NCBI GenBank assembly: GCA_965220745.1
Contig: CBDCQT010000010.1
Location: forward strand, 640,001 to 704,000
DNA: 64,000 nucleotides
Reading direction: 5' to 3'
Origin: Alphaproteobacteria bacterium
GTDB lineage: Bacteria; Pseudomonadota; Alphaproteobacteria; UBA828
How positions within the stretch are numbered: position 1 is the stretch's first letter; every line of letters starts with the position of its first letter. The notes under the pieces are model-generated. The model did no database searches and had not been told where the DNA came from. It saw only the letters and a program-made list of their open reading frames with translations. The translations under genes were made by a program, and so were the position numbers. This document shows positions 41,907 through 52,209 of the stretch, one piece after another.

Positions 41907-43352
41907 ATGAGCGCGGATATCGGAGCCTTGTTCGACGAGCGGGATTCGCTCGAAATCGCCCAGCTGGTGAAGGCGGGCGAAGTGACGCCGGGCGAGCTCG
42001 CCGAGGCGGCGATCCGCCGGATCGAGGCGCTGAACCCTGTGCTGAACGCGGTCTCCATCCCGCTCTTCGACTATGGCCGCAAGGCAGCCGCCGACCCGGC
42101 GCTGCCCGATGGTCCGTTCAAGGGCGTGCCCTTTCTGCTCAAGGACCTCGGCACGCTCTGGGAGGGCATCCCGCTGGTCAACAGCTGCCCCTACTTCAAG
42201 GATTTCGTCTGCCCTGCCGACATGACCTACACGCGGCGGATCAAGCAGGCGGGGTTCGTGCTGCTCGGCCGCAGCAATGCGCCCGAGTTCGGCTGGTGCC
42301 TCGCGACCGAGCCCGCGCTCTTTGGCCGCACCAACAATCCCTGGAACCTGGAACGGACGCCGGGGGGCTCCAGCGGCGGCGCGGCAGCGGCAGCGGCCTC
42401 GCGCATGGTGCCCTTCGTCGATGCGAGCGACGGCGCGGGGTCCACGCGCGTGCCGGCCTCCCACTGCGGGCTGGTGGGGCTCAAGCCCTCGCGCGGCCGG
42501 ATCACGCTGGAGCCCTATCCCGACTACTGGTACGGCGGTGCCACCTTCCTCACCGTGACCCACACGGTGCGCGAGAGCGCCGCCTATCTGGATGCCGTCG
42601 GCGGGCGGGTGACGGGCGACGTCTACTACACGGAGATGCCGGAGACCCCATACCTGGACGAGGTGGGGCGCGACCCCGGCACACTCCGCATCGGGGTCAC
42701 CATGACCGCGCCAGCCGGGCTCCCCATCCACGATGAGGTGGTGCAGGCAGTGCACGATGCCGCGGCGCTCTGCGAGAGCCTCGGCCATCGGGTGGAGGAG
42801 CGGGAACTCGCCATCGACTGGGATCGCTTCTGGTCCGCGTACACGCGGATGACCGCCGCCCAGACGGCATCTGGATTCGAGGATTCCGAGGCGCTCATCG
42901 GCCGGCCAGTGACCGAAGACGATGTCGCGCCGCTGATCTGGGGCATCATCCAGAAGGGCAAGGCCATCGACGGCCCCCAGCACTACCGCGACGTGGACGC
43001 GCTGCGCCAGATCAGCCGCGATTTGATCGTGAGCCTCGCGGACTGCGACGTTCACCTCATGCCGGTGATCGGCCATCCTGCCCGCCCTCACGGCCACTAC
43101 CCGATGACCATGAGCGACATCGACCGCTACAACGCCGAGCTGATGGGGCCGGATGCCGTGTTCACGGCGCCCTTTAATGCCTCGGGCCTGCCCGGCATGT
43201 CGCTGCCGCTGCACATGACGGCGGACGGTCTGCCGGTCGGCGTGCAGCTCGTGGGCCGCGAATGCGACGAGAGCACGCTCTTCCGTCTCGCCGGCCAGCT
43301 GGAGACGGCGAAGTCCTGGAAGGACCGCCGGCCGCCGGTCCTCGCCAGTTGA
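41907..43352 (+). CDS. Amidase (amidase signature family)
   Basis: GVPFLLKDL, GGSSGGAAA, SDGAGSTRVPAS.CG. Confidence 0.9.
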   Translation: MSADIGALFDERDSLEIAQLVKAGEVTPGELAEAAIRRIEALNPVLNAVSIPLFDYGRKAAADPALPDGPFKGVPFLLKDLGTLWEGIPLVNSCPYFKDFVCPADMTYTRRIKQAGFVLLGRSNAPEFGWCLATEPALFGRTNNPWNLERTPGGSSGGAAAAAASRMVPFVDASDGAGSTRVPASHCGLVGLKPSRGRITLEPYPDYWYGGATFLTVTHTVRESAAYLDAVGGRVTGDVYYTEMPETPYLDEVGRDPGTLRIGVTMTAPAGLPIHDEVVQAVHDAAALCESLGHRVEERELAIDWDRFWSAYTRMTAAQTASGFEDSEALIGRPVTEDDVAPLIWGIIQKGKAIDGPQHYRDVDALRQISRDLIVSLADCDVHLMPVIGHPARPHGHYPMTMSDIDRYNAELMGPDAVFTAPFNASGLPGMSLPLHMTADGLPVGVQLVGRECDESTLFRLAGQLETAKSWKDRRPPVLAS

Positions 43353-43394
43353 CGCTCGGTCGAGCCACGCGGCGCAAATATTAGGGAGGTTCCC

Positions 43395-44183
43395 ATGAGC
43401 TCAGTCTTCGCCAACGACGCGTTCGCCGGGAAGACGGTCCTGGTCACCGGCGCCAGCTCCGGCATCGGCGAAGGCACCGCCAAGGCCTTCGCCGCCCACG
43501 GCGCCAACGTCATGATCAACGGGCGCGATGCGGCGCGTGGCGGCGCGGTGCGCGATGCCATCGCGAACGACGGTGGCAGCGTCTCGCTGAGCCTCGGCGA
43601 CGTGGCGGACTCCGCCTACTGCAACCGGCTGGTGGCCGAGACGGTGGACCGCTTCGGCCGGCTTGACGTGCTCTTCAACAATGCCGGTATCTGTTTGCAC
43701 GGGCCGGTGGACGAGACCTCCGACGACGACTGGGACCACCTGATCGGCATCAACATCAGCGGCAGCTTCTACATGGCGCGGGCCGCCGTGCGCCAGATGA
43801 AGGCGCAGGGCGATGGCGGCGCCATCATCAACATGTCGTCGGAATGCGGGCTGATCGCCTATGAGCGACTGCCTGCCTACAGCGCGACCAAGGGCGCCAT
43901 CGTCATGCTGACCAAGTGCATGGCCATGGATCACGCCAGGGACGGCATCCGCGTCAACGCGGTCTGCCCCGGCGATATCGACACGCCCATGACCGACCTG
44001 GGCTGGGCGCATCTCGACGTCACCTCCGAAGAGATCCGCGAGAAGCTCAAGGAGCATATCCCTCTCGGCAAGGTGGGGCAGCCAGTCGATATCGCCCATG
44101 CGGTGATGTATCTCGCCTCCGACGCCGCAGGCTTCGTCACCGGCACCCTGCTCCCCATCGACGGCGGCACGACTGCTCGATAA
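43395..44183 (+). CDS. Classical SDR oxidoreductase
   Basis: TGASSGIG, NNAG, YSATK, VNAVCPG. Confidence 0.9.
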   Translation: MSSVFANDAFAGKTVLVTGASSGIGEGTAKAFAAHGANVMINGRDAARGGAVRDAIANDGGSVSLSLGDVADSAYCNRLVAETVDRFGRLDVLFNNAGICLHGPVDETSDDDWDHLIGINISGSFYMARAAVRQMKAQGDGGAIINMSSECGLIAYERLPAYSATKGAIVMLTKCMAMDHARDGIRVNAVCPGDIDTPMTDLGWAHLDVTSEEIREKLKEHIPLGKVGQPVDIAHAVMYLASDAAGFVTGTLLPIDGGTTAR

Positions 44184-44217
44184 GCGCGCCTCCGGCACGA
44201 CCGCGCGATAGGAGCCC

Positions 44218-44982
44218 TTAGGGCGAGACGAGGAGGTAGATACCGGCGGCGACCATCGCGACGCCGCCCGCGCGCGCCACCCATTCGCCCTTGGGCATGA
44301 GCTTCTCGGCGACGACGAAGACGGTGATCGCCGCCACCCAGGCAAGGTTCATCACGCCACCGACGAAGAGCAACCCCATGACGAAGCCGCAGCAGCCGAG
44401 GCAGAAGGCGCCGTGGCCGAGCCCCATACGGAAGGCGCCCGACCGGCCCGGCCGCCAGTGCCCCATGATGAAAGCCATGGGCGAGCGGCAATGCTTAAGG
44501 CAGGCATACTTGAGCGGCGTCCACTGATAGACGCCGGCGGCGATGAACAGCACGCCGCCGAGGATCGTGCTGGTGGCGACCATCATCGGCGAAAGCAGCG
44601 CCGCATTCTGCAGCCCCCACTGCATCGCCGTCGCGGCAACACTGAACGCCGCCCAGACCAGCACGTAGCCGAGCGCGAAGAGCGTTGTCGAGGTGAAGGG
44701 GCGGCCACCGCTCTGCGAACGATCCACGCGAGCGAAGATCAGGATCATCGGTGCCGCGCTCGGCACCATCATGGCCACCATCATCACCGCCCACATGGCC
44801 CACATCAGCAGGCCATCGGTCACGCTCCAGGCCTGCATCTGCATCATGGCGCCGTCCGCGTGCGCCATGTCGCCGCCCATGTCGAGGGCCATGTCGATGA
44901 GGTAGAGCCAAGCGAGCGCGGCGGCGACCGCGAGGCCGGCCAGGACCACCAGCCGGTCGCGTCGTGCGATCCCCTCGATCAC
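44218..44982 (-). CDS. DUF2182 family predicted metal-binding integral membrane protein
   Basis: MWAVMMVAMMVPS, YQWTPLK.ACL.HCRSP, G.FCLGCC...M..LFVGGVMN. Confidence 0.85.
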   Translation of the reverse strand: MIEGIARRDRLVVLAGLAVAAALAWLYLIDMALDMGGDMAHADGAMMQMQAWSVTDGLLMWAMWAVMMVAMMVPSAAPMILIFARVDRSQSGGRPFTSTTLFALGYVLVWAAFSVAATAMQWGLQNAALLSPMMVATSTILGGVLFIAAGVYQWTPLKYACLKHCRSPMAFIMGHWRPGRSGAFRMGLGHGAFCLGCCGFVMGLLFVGGVMNLAWVAAITVFVVAEKLMPKGEWVARAGGVAMVAAGIYLLVSP

Positions 44983-45001
44983 GGGCGTTACGGCCGTGCC
45001 G

Positions 45002-45802
45002 TCAGTCGCATTTCGCGGTGAGGCCGCCGTCCACGACCAGGTCGGCCGCCGTCACGTACGCCGCCTCGTCGGAGGCCAGGAAGAGCGCCGCGTGGGCCAC
45101 GTCCCAGCCGGAGCCCATGCGCCCCATGGGCACCTGGGCGTGGCGCTTCTCGACCAGGGCTTCGAGGTCGCCGCCGCCGTACTGCGCGGCAAGGCGCGCC
45201 TCCACCAGCGGGGTGTGCATCAGCCCGACCGAAATCGAGTTGCAGCGCACGCCCCGCGCCGCATACTGCACGGCCACCGCCTTGGTGAACTGCACCAGCC
45301 CCGCCTTCGCCGCCGCATAGGCCGCGTGGTGGTTGCCGACGAAGCGGAGCCCGGCCACCGAGGAGATATTGACGATGGCGCCCGTGCCCTGCGCCTCCAT
45401 GATCGGGAGCGCGCAGCGGGTGGTGAGGAAGGCGCTGGTGAGGTTGAACTCCAGCTGCCCGGCCCAGTCCTCTTCGCTGAGCTCGACCGGCCCGCCGGGC
45501 ACCGAGCCGCCCACATTGTTGACGAGCACGTGCAATCCGCCCCAATGCTCGCAGACCGTGGACATTACCCGCTCGATCTGAGCGCTGTCGGTCACGTCGG
45601 CGGTCTCCACGGCGCAGGCGTTGCCCTCGCTCTCGATCATCTGCCGCGTTGCCTCGGCAGCGGCCGTGTTGCGGTCGACCGCGACGACGCGCGCGCCTTC
45701 GCGGGCGAACAGCACGGCGGTGGCGCGGCCGTTGCCCCAGCCGGGGCCGACCGAGCCTGCGCCCGTGATCAGCGCGACCTTGCCGTCGAGACGCCCTGTC
45801 AT
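45002..45802 (-). CDS. SDR oxidoreductase
   Basis: TGAGSVGPGWGNGRA, VNNVG, YAAAK, VDGG. Confidence 0.88.
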   Translation of the reverse strand: MTGRLDGKVALITGAGSVGPGWGNGRATAVLFAREGARVVAVDRNTAAAEATRQMIESEGNACAVETADVTDSAQIERVMSTVCEHWGGLHVLVNNVGGSVPGGPVELSEEDWAGQLEFNLTSAFLTTRCALPIMEAQGTGAIVNISSVAGLRFVGNHHAAYAAAKAGLVQFTKAVAVQYAARGVRCNSISVGLMHTPLVEARLAAQYGGGDLEALVEKRHAQVPMGRMGSGWDVAHAALFLASDEAAYVTAADLVVDGGLTAKCD

Positions 45803-45811
45803 GCCGCCACC

Positions 45812-46720
45812 CTACCCTTCGATGCCGTGATATGCGCGCGCGATATCCGCTCGACGGCAGATCCACACGGCGTCGTGACTCAGCACGTGCTCCAGGAAGC
45901 GCCGGAGCGCCGCGAGGCGTGCGGGCCTCCCGATCACGCGGCAATGCAGGCCCACGGAAAGCATCGCGGGCTGCCCGTTGACTCCCTCCCGGTAAAGCTC
46001 GTCGAAGGCGCCGCAGAGATACTCGGCGAACGCGACCGGCGAGGCGAAGCCGTTCGGCGTGCTGAACTTCATGTCGTTGCTGTCGAGCGCGTAGGGAATG
46101 ACGAGGTGGCGCTCTCGCCCCTCAAGCTCCAGCCAGTAGGGGATGTCGTCGTCGTAGGCGTCCGAATCGTAGAGCAGGCCGCCGCACTCGATCGCGAGCC
46201 GCCGCGAGTTCGCGCTCACCCGGCCGCAGTAGAAGCCGACCGGCGCCTCGCCCGTCTGCTCGCGGATCGTCTCCTTCGACTTCAGGATGTGCTCGCGCTC
46301 CACCTCCTCGGGGACGTTGGCATAGTCGAACCAGCGCCAGTTGTGGCTCGCGACCTCGAAACCCTGCCCGGCGCAATAGCGACCAACAGCCGGGTTCAGC
46401 GCGAGCGCCTGGCCGACGCCGAAAATGGTCGCAGTCACGCCCAGCTCCTCGAACAGCCGCAGGATGCGCCAGACGCCGGCGCGCGCGCCATAGTCATAAA
46501 GGCTTTCGGTATTGTGATCCCGCTGGCCCTCGCGCGCCTCGATGCCGCAAATCTCGTGAATGTAGCTCTCGGAGGTGGCATCGCCGTTCTGGATCGACCG
46601 TTCCGCGCCCTCCTCGTAGTTGAGGACGAGGCTCAGCGCGAGCGGGCTCCGGTCCCGCCAGGGCGGGCGCGGGCGCTCGCGACCGTAGCCGACGAAGTCG
46701 CGATCGTTCATGCCGGTCAT
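45812..46720 (-). CDS. Polysaccharide deacetylase family protein, allantoinase PuuE-like
   Basis: RDFVGYG, LNYEEGAE, ESLYDYGARAG.WR, SHNWRW, YDSDAYDDD.PYW, NDMKF, GLHCRVIGRP. Confidence 0.85.
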   Translation of the reverse strand: MTGMNDRDFVGYGRERPRPPWRDRSPLALSLVLNYEEGAERSIQNGDATSESYIHEICGIEAREGQRDHNTESLYDYGARAGVWRILRLFEELGVTATIFGVGQALALNPAVGRYCAGQGFEVASHNWRWFDYANVPEEVEREHILKSKETIREQTGEAPVGFYCGRVSANSRRLAIECGGLLYDSDAYDDDIPYWLELEGRERHLVIPYALDSNDMKFSTPNGFASPVAFAEYLCGAFDELYREGVNGQPAMLSVGLHCRVIGRPARLAALRRFLEHVLSHDAVWICRRADIARAYHGIEG

Positions 46721-47238
46721 GTCTGAGAACTCCTTGGCGAACCCGGTTCGGACACGTCATGCCAGGTGGTGGGCCTGAAGAAGGTGCGGTCGAAGCCGCC
46801 GCCGTTCCAGGTGGTCATTTTGCGCACGTGGACGAGAAAGGGCTCCCTGGGGAATCCGAACGTCGTTTCGGCGTAGGCGACGCCCGGTGCCCCCAGGTAC
46901 CGCTCCGCCATCTTGCGGGCCGGCGTGATCCAGTCGAAGTCCTCCGGCAGGAACTCCGCCTCGCCGAGCACGCTTACGCGCATGTAGGGCAGGCCGGGGT
47001 TATCGACCAGAACACCGCAGCGCGGGTCGCGGTGCAGGTTCTGCACCATGCTGGTGCGCGCCTTGCTGATCACCAGGAACACGCGGTCCTGCGCCAGCCA
47101 GTCGAACCAGACCGGGCTTACCACGGGCCAGCCGTCGGCCATCGTGGTGGCGATCTTCGCGAACATCGTGCCTGAGGTCAGGAACGCATCGCGCTCCTCG
47201 ACGGTCATCCCCCGCCCGCTGTCCGACGTCATCGCCAT
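46717..47238 (-). CDS. Pyridoxamine 5'-phosphate oxidase-like (PPOX/FDOR-B, possibly F420-dependent) protein
   Basis: IATTMADGWPVVSPVWF...NLHRDPR split beta-barrel motif. Confidence 0.75.
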   Translation of the reverse strand: MAMTSDSGRGMTVEERDAFLTSGTMFAKIATTMADGWPVVSPVWFDWLAQDRVFLVISKARTSMVQNLHRDPRCGVLVDNPGLPYMRVSVLGEAEFLPEDFDWITPARKMAERYLGAPGVAYAETTFGFPREPFLVHVRKMTTWNGGGFDRTFFRPTTWHDVSEPGSPRSSQT

Positions 47239-47412
47239 GGCGCATCTCTCCGTTCCGGTCGCGGGCACGGGCGCCGCAACACCCGGCCATCACTCGGGAC
47301 CGAAGGATAGGCGCGGCGAGTTGCCTTTGCACGCCGCCCTGCCGAAGGCCGCGTCTGCATGATAGGGTTCGCGCGCCCCAACGGGGGCGTAGAGCGAGGG
47401 GAAGGCCGGACC

Positions 47413-49842
47413 ATGAGGGATCAGGCGCGGGTGGTGGTGATCGGCGGCGGCATCGTCGGCTGCAGCGTGCTCTACCATCTGGCGAAGCTCGGCTGGTCCG
47501 ACGTGGTGCTAGTCGAGAAGACCGAGCTCACCGCAGGCTCCACCTGGCACGCAGCCGGCCTGCTGCCGCTCTTCAACATGAGCTACAGCGTCGGCCAGCT
47601 CCACAAGTACTCGATCGACCTCTACCAGAAGCTTGAGGAGGAGACCGGCCAGGCGGTGAGTTTTCATCGCACCGGCAACTTGCGCCTCGCCACCAACCAG
47701 GAGCGGATGGACGAGTACCGCAACTACTGCGGCACCGCGAACACCATCGGCGTCCCCTTCGAGCTGATCGGCCCGAACGAGATCGGCGACCTCTGGCCGC
47801 TCTGCAACCTGGAAGGCCTGGTGGGCGCGCTCTTCCACCCCCACGACGGCCACGTCGCGCCGGTCGACGTGACCCAGGCGCTGGCCAAGGGGGCGCGCGA
47901 CTGGGGCGCGGAGATCAACCGCAATACCGAGGTGACGGGCATCGAGCGCACCCCCGCCGGCGAGTGGCTGGTGAAAACCACGCGCGGCGACATCACCTGC
48001 GAGACCGTAGTGACCGCCACCGGCTCCTGGGCCCGGCAAGTGGGCGCCATGGTGGGCTTGGACCTGCCGACGATTCCGGTCGAGCACCAGTACATCGTGA
48101 CCGACACCATCCCCGAGCTGGAAGAGCGCAGGGAACAGGGCCTCCCCGAGATGCCCGTGCTGCGGGAGAGCGATGCCTCCTACTACATGCGGGAGGAGCG
48201 CCAGGGCCTCATCCTCGGGCCTTACGAGAAGGACGCGCCGGCCTGGGCGGTGGACGGCGTGCCGGAGGGCTTCGGGCAGGAGCTGCTGCCGCCTGACGTG
48301 GACCGCCTGGAGCCCCACATCGAGGCCGCCATCAACCGCGTGCCGATGTTCGGCCGCGCCGGCATCAAGGATTGCGTCAACGGCCCGATCCCCTACACGC
48401 CGGACGGCAACCCTCTCATCGGCCCGGCCCATGGCCTGCCGAACTTCTGGCTGGCCGAGGGCTTCAGCTTCGGCATCACGGCTGCGGGCGGCGCCGGCTG
48501 GCAGCTCGCGGGCTGGATCGCGGACGGCGAGCCTTCCATCGACATGCTGGCGGTCGACCCCCGCCGCTTCGGCGCCTACGCCAACAAGCACTACACCAGG
48601 GCCAAGAACGAGGAGGCCTACGCCCACGTCTTCATCATCCACTACCCGGACGAGGAGCGGCCTGCGGCGCGCCCCGCCAAGACCAGCCCGTGTCACGAGC
48701 GGCTCGCGGCGCACGGCGCCGTCTGGGGCCAGCGCTATGGCTGGGAGCGGCCCAACTGGTTCGCGCCTGAGGGCGTCGAGCCCGAAGACGACTGGAGCTT
48801 CCGCCGCACCAACTATTTCGGGCCCGTGGGCGACGAATGCCGCGCGGTGCGCGAGCGCGCGGGCCTGATCGACATCACCAGCTTCTCCAAGTTCAGGGTG
48901 TCGGGGCCGGGGGCGGAAGCCGCGCTCGACCGCGTGCTCGCCAACCGGCTGCCCAAGGCGAAGGGCCGCCTCAAGCTCGCCCATGCGCTCACCGTGACCG
49001 GCGGCGTGCGCTCCGAGTTCACAGTGATGCGCGAGGGGCCCGAGTCCTTCTATCTGGTCAGCTCCGGCGCGGCCGAGCGCTACGACCACGATTTCCTGCT
49101 GCGCCACGTGGCGGGCGAGGGCGTGAGCATCGAGAACATCACCACCGCCCACGGCGTGCTGGTGCTGGCGGGGCCGCGCTCGCGCGATATCCTGCAAGCC
49201 GTGACAGACGCCGACCTCTCCAACGCGGCCTTCCCCTGGCTCACGGCGCAGCCCATCTCCATCGGCGTGGCCCCCACCGTTGCGATGCGGGTCAACTTCG
49301 TGGGCGAGCTCGGCTGGGAGCTGCACCACCCCATCGAGTATCAGAACCGCATCTTCGACACCCTCGTGGACGCCGGCACCGACCACGGCCTCGGCATGTG
49401 CGGGATGCGGGCGATGGATTCGCTCAGGATCGAAAAATCCTACCGCATGTGGGGGCAGGACCTGACCATCGAGTATTCCGCCTTCGAGGCCGGTCTGGAC
49501 CGCTTCGTGGCGTTGGACAAGGGCGACTTCGTCGGCCGTGACGCGCTGGTGGCCCAGCGCGAGGCGGGAGTGCCGCAGGACTTCGTGACGCTTGAGATCG
49601 AGGCCGACGACGCCGACTCCTGGGGCAACGAGCCGATCTACGACGGCGAGGCCATGGTCGGCCGCGCCACCTCCGGCGCCTTCGGCCACACCGTGGGCAA
49701 GAGCCTGGCGCTCGGCTACGTCGCCCGCAACCACGCGGTGCGCGGCCGCCGGCTCGCCGTCGAAATCCTGGGGGAACGGCGCCCGGCGCGGATCGTCCCC
49801 AACTCGCCGGTGGACCCCTCCAACGAGCGGCTGCGCGCCTAG
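47413..49842 (+). CDS. GcvT-family FAD-dependent oxidoreductase (dimethylglycine/sarcosine dehydrogenase-like)
   Basis: IGGGIVG, LTAGSTWHAAG (covalent FAD His), EHQY, YTPDG, GWERP, GELGWELH, LRIEK. Confidence 0.9.
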   Translation: MRDQARVVVIGGGIVGCSVLYHLAKLGWSDVVLVEKTELTAGSTWHAAGLLPLFNMSYSVGQLHKYSIDLYQKLEEETGQAVSFHRTGNLRLATNQERMDEYRNYCGTANTIGVPFELIGPNEIGDLWPLCNLEGLVGALFHPHDGHVAPVDVTQALAKGARDWGAEINRNTEVTGIERTPAGEWLVKTTRGDITCETVVTATGSWARQVGAMVGLDLPTIPVEHQYIVTDTIPELEERREQGLPEMPVLRESDASYYMREERQGLILGPYEKDAPAWAVDGVPEGFGQELLPPDVDRLEPHIEAAINRVPMFGRAGIKDCVNGPIPYTPDGNPLIGPAHGLPNFWLAEGFSFGITAAGGAGWQLAGWIADGEPSIDMLAVDPRRFGAYANKHYTRAKNEEAYAHVFIIHYPDEERPAARPAKTSPCHERLAAHGAVWGQRYGWERPNWFAPEGVEPEDDWSFRRTNYFGPVGDECRAVRERAGLIDITSFSKFRVSGPGAEAALDRVLANRLPKAKGRLKLAHALTVTGGVRSEFTVMREGPESFYLVSSGAAERYDHDFLLRHVAGEGVSIENITTAHGVLVLAGPRSRDILQAVTDADLSNAAFPWLTAQPISIGVAPTVAMRVNFVGELGWELHHPIEYQNRIFDTLVDAGTDHGLGMCGMRAMDSLRIEKSYRMWGQDLTIEYSAFEAGLDRFVALDKGDFVGRDALVAQREAGVPQDFVTLEIEADDADSWGNEPIYDGEAMVGRATSGAFGHTVGKSLALGYVARNHAVRGRRLAVEILGERRPARIVPNSPVDPSNERLRA

Positions 49843-49884
49843 CCTGCGCGCGGCGAGCCCCACACTCAGCATCGAGGAGACGAC

Positions 49885-50697
49885 ATGGCACTGGCCGAGC
49901 GCGACATCACCGTCGAAGGGCACCGGGTCCACCTCTGGGAGGGAGGCGAGGGCTTCCCCATCCTGATGCTTCACGGCTCTGGCCCCGGCGCGGGCACCGT
50001 CGGCAACTGGCGCCTGGTGCTGGAGCCGCTGGCGGCGCGCTACCGCATCGTCGCCACCGACCTGATCGGCTTCGGCGCCTCCGGCCGCAAGGCAGAGGAG
50101 CCCTATTTCGATCTGCCGCTCTGGCGGCGCCAGGCCCAGGCGGTGCTCGACCTGCTGCCCGCAGGCGATGCCGGCGTGATCGGCCATTCGCTCTCCGGCA
50201 GCCTCGCGCTCGGGCTCGCCATGGACAATCCGCGCATCACCAGGGTGATGACCACCGGCGCCATGGGCGCGCCCGCACGCGCCAACCGCGAGACCGAGAT
50301 CTGCTGGCGCTTCCCCGAGACCCGCGAGGAGCTGCGCCAGGCGGCGGAAATCCTGGTCCACGACCCCTCGGTGATCACCGACGCGTTCCTCGATGCCCGC
50401 ATGGCGATCCTCCACGACGGCGAATACGGCCCCTACTTCCGCAGCATGTTTGCGGGCGACAAGCAGCGCTACATCGACGAGGCGGTGCTGCCGCCCGATC
50501 GGCTCTCGGCGCTCGCCTGCCGGGTGATGATGCTCCACGGTCGCGACGACCGGCCCTTCCCCTGCGAGGAGAACACGCGGGTGCTCGCCCGCCACATCCA
50601 CAGTGCCGACACCTTCGTGATCGCGGAGTGCGGCCATTCGCCGGCCCTGGAGCATCCTGATAAACTGCTGGCTGCGGCGCAGATGCTGTTCGGCTGA
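49885..50697 (+). CDS. Alpha/beta hydrolase (meta-cleavage product hydrolase-like)
   Basis: HGSGPG, GHSLSG nucleophile, HGRDD, CGH. Confidence 0.85.
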   Translation: MALAERDITVEGHRVHLWEGGEGFPILMLHGSGPGAGTVGNWRLVLEPLAARYRIVATDLIGFGASGRKAEEPYFDLPLWRRQAQAVLDLLPAGDAGVIGHSLSGSLALGLAMDNPRITRVMTTGAMGAPARANRETEICWRFPETREELRQAAEILVHDPSVITDAFLDARMAILHDGEYGPYFRSMFAGDKQRYIDEAVLPPDRLSALACRVMMLHGRDDRPFPCEENTRVLARHIHSADTFVIAECGHSPALEHPDKLLAAAQMLFG

Positions 50698-50736
50698 CGC
50701 TGAGCGACACGCACAGGCAAGACGATGGAGCGGGCG

Positions 50737-52104
50737 ATGCGTAAACACATTCGATGCGGACAGCTGTTCACCGGCCTCGGCGACGGCGCTGAGCGCGGCC
50801 AGACGGTAGTGACCGAAGGCGAGCGCATCGCCTATGTCGGGCCGAGCGCAGGCGCGCCCGTGGTGGCGCCCGAAGACGAGGTGGTGGACCACTCCGGCCA
50901 CTTCGTGCTGCCCGGCCTGATCGACGTCCACGTCCACCTCTCCTACGGCAATGCCAAGACCGAGGAGGACATCGACCTCTACGCGCCGGTCGAGTTCCGC
51001 GCGCTGCGCGGGCTGGAGGCGGCCCAGCGGGTGCTCGCCGCCGGCTTCACCTCGATGGCCGACCCCACCACCAGCGGCCGGGTGACCCCCTCCATTCGCG
51101 ACGCCATCGACGCGGGGCTCTTCGTCGGCCCCCGCATCACCTGCTCCGGGCGCCAGATCACCAACCGCCAGGGGCTCTCCGACTGGTACCCGACCTGGAT
51201 CGGCGTTCCCGAGACCTCCATCGGCGTGCTCGCCCGTGATGCCAACGAAGGGATCGCGGAAATCCGCACCATGGCCAAGGACGGCGTGGACTTCATCAAG
51301 ATCGCCATGGACGGCGATTCGATGAACCCCATGACCAGCGTGCTCGTCGCCGGCTACAACCAGGAAGAGACCACGGCGATGGTCGCGGAGGCCCACCGGC
51401 TCGGCAAGAAGGTGGTGGTGCACGCGCGCGGCGCCGAGGCCGTGCTCTACTCCGCCCGCGCCGGCGTCGACGTGATCCTGCATGCCGCCTGGATGGACGA
51501 CGAGGGCCTGGAGGCTGTGGTGGAGAACGGCTGCATGATCTGCCCGACCTTTAGCCTCGTGGTGAACGACATCGACTTCACCCGGCCGGGGGACGGCTGC
51601 TATCCGGGCTTCCCGGACGCGCACAAGCGCGAGATCGAGGCCGCCCAGCGCTCGCTGGTCAAGGCGCGCGATGCGGGCGTCACCTTCCTCTCCGGCACCG
51701 ATTCCGGCTTCGCGGTGACGCCCTACGGCGAATGGCACGCCCGCGAGCTGGAGCACATGGTGACCTACCTCGGCATCTCGCCGGCAGACGCGCTGCGCTG
51801 CGCCACGGTCAACAACGGCACCTTCGTGCGGGAGGAGGGCCAGGTAGGCGCGCTGGAGCAGGGCCGGCTCGCCGACATCCTGGTCTTCGACGGCGACCCG
51901 CTGGCCGACATCACCCATCTGCAGGACCGCAGCCGCATCCGCGAGATCGTCCTCGGCGGCGAGACCGTGAACCTCGCCATCAACCCGCAGGCCACACGCC
52001 TCCGCTCCGAGTTCTCCTACGAGATGTGGCACCAGGTCTACACGCAGGAGCGGATCGCCGAGATCGGCATGAACCGCCCGGTCCCGGCCGAGGCCGCCGA
52101 GTAG
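50737..52104 (+). CDS. Metal-dependent amidohydrolase (prolidase-like subgroup)
   Basis: PGLIDVHVH, VDFIK, HARG, GTDSG, G.LADILV. Confidence 0.88.
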   Translation: MRKHIRCGQLFTGLGDGAERGQTVVTEGERIAYVGPSAGAPVVAPEDEVVDHSGHFVLPGLIDVHVHLSYGNAKTEEDIDLYAPVEFRALRGLEAAQRVLAAGFTSMADPTTSGRVTPSIRDAIDAGLFVGPRITCSGRQITNRQGLSDWYPTWIGVPETSIGVLARDANEGIAEIRTMAKDGVDFIKIAMDGDSMNPMTSVLVAGYNQEETTAMVAEAHRLGKKVVVHARGAEAVLYSARAGVDVILHAAWMDDEGLEAVVENGCMICPTFSLVVNDIDFTRPGDGCYPGFPDAHKREIEAAQRSLVKARDAGVTFLSGTDSGFAVTPYGEWHARELEHMVTYLGISPADALRCATVNNGTFVREEGQVGALEQGRLADILVFDGDPLADITHLQDRSRIREIVLGGETVNLAINPQATRLRSEFSYEMWHQVYTQERIAEIGMNRPVPAEAAE

Positions 52105-52209
52105 CGACCGCAGACTGCTGCCGGAGCACGGTCGGGCGGCTCGTCGGCGCGCGCCGGCGGGCCGCCTTCCGTTCCGAGCCTGACGATCCGAAACGGGGAG
52201 CGAGACGCC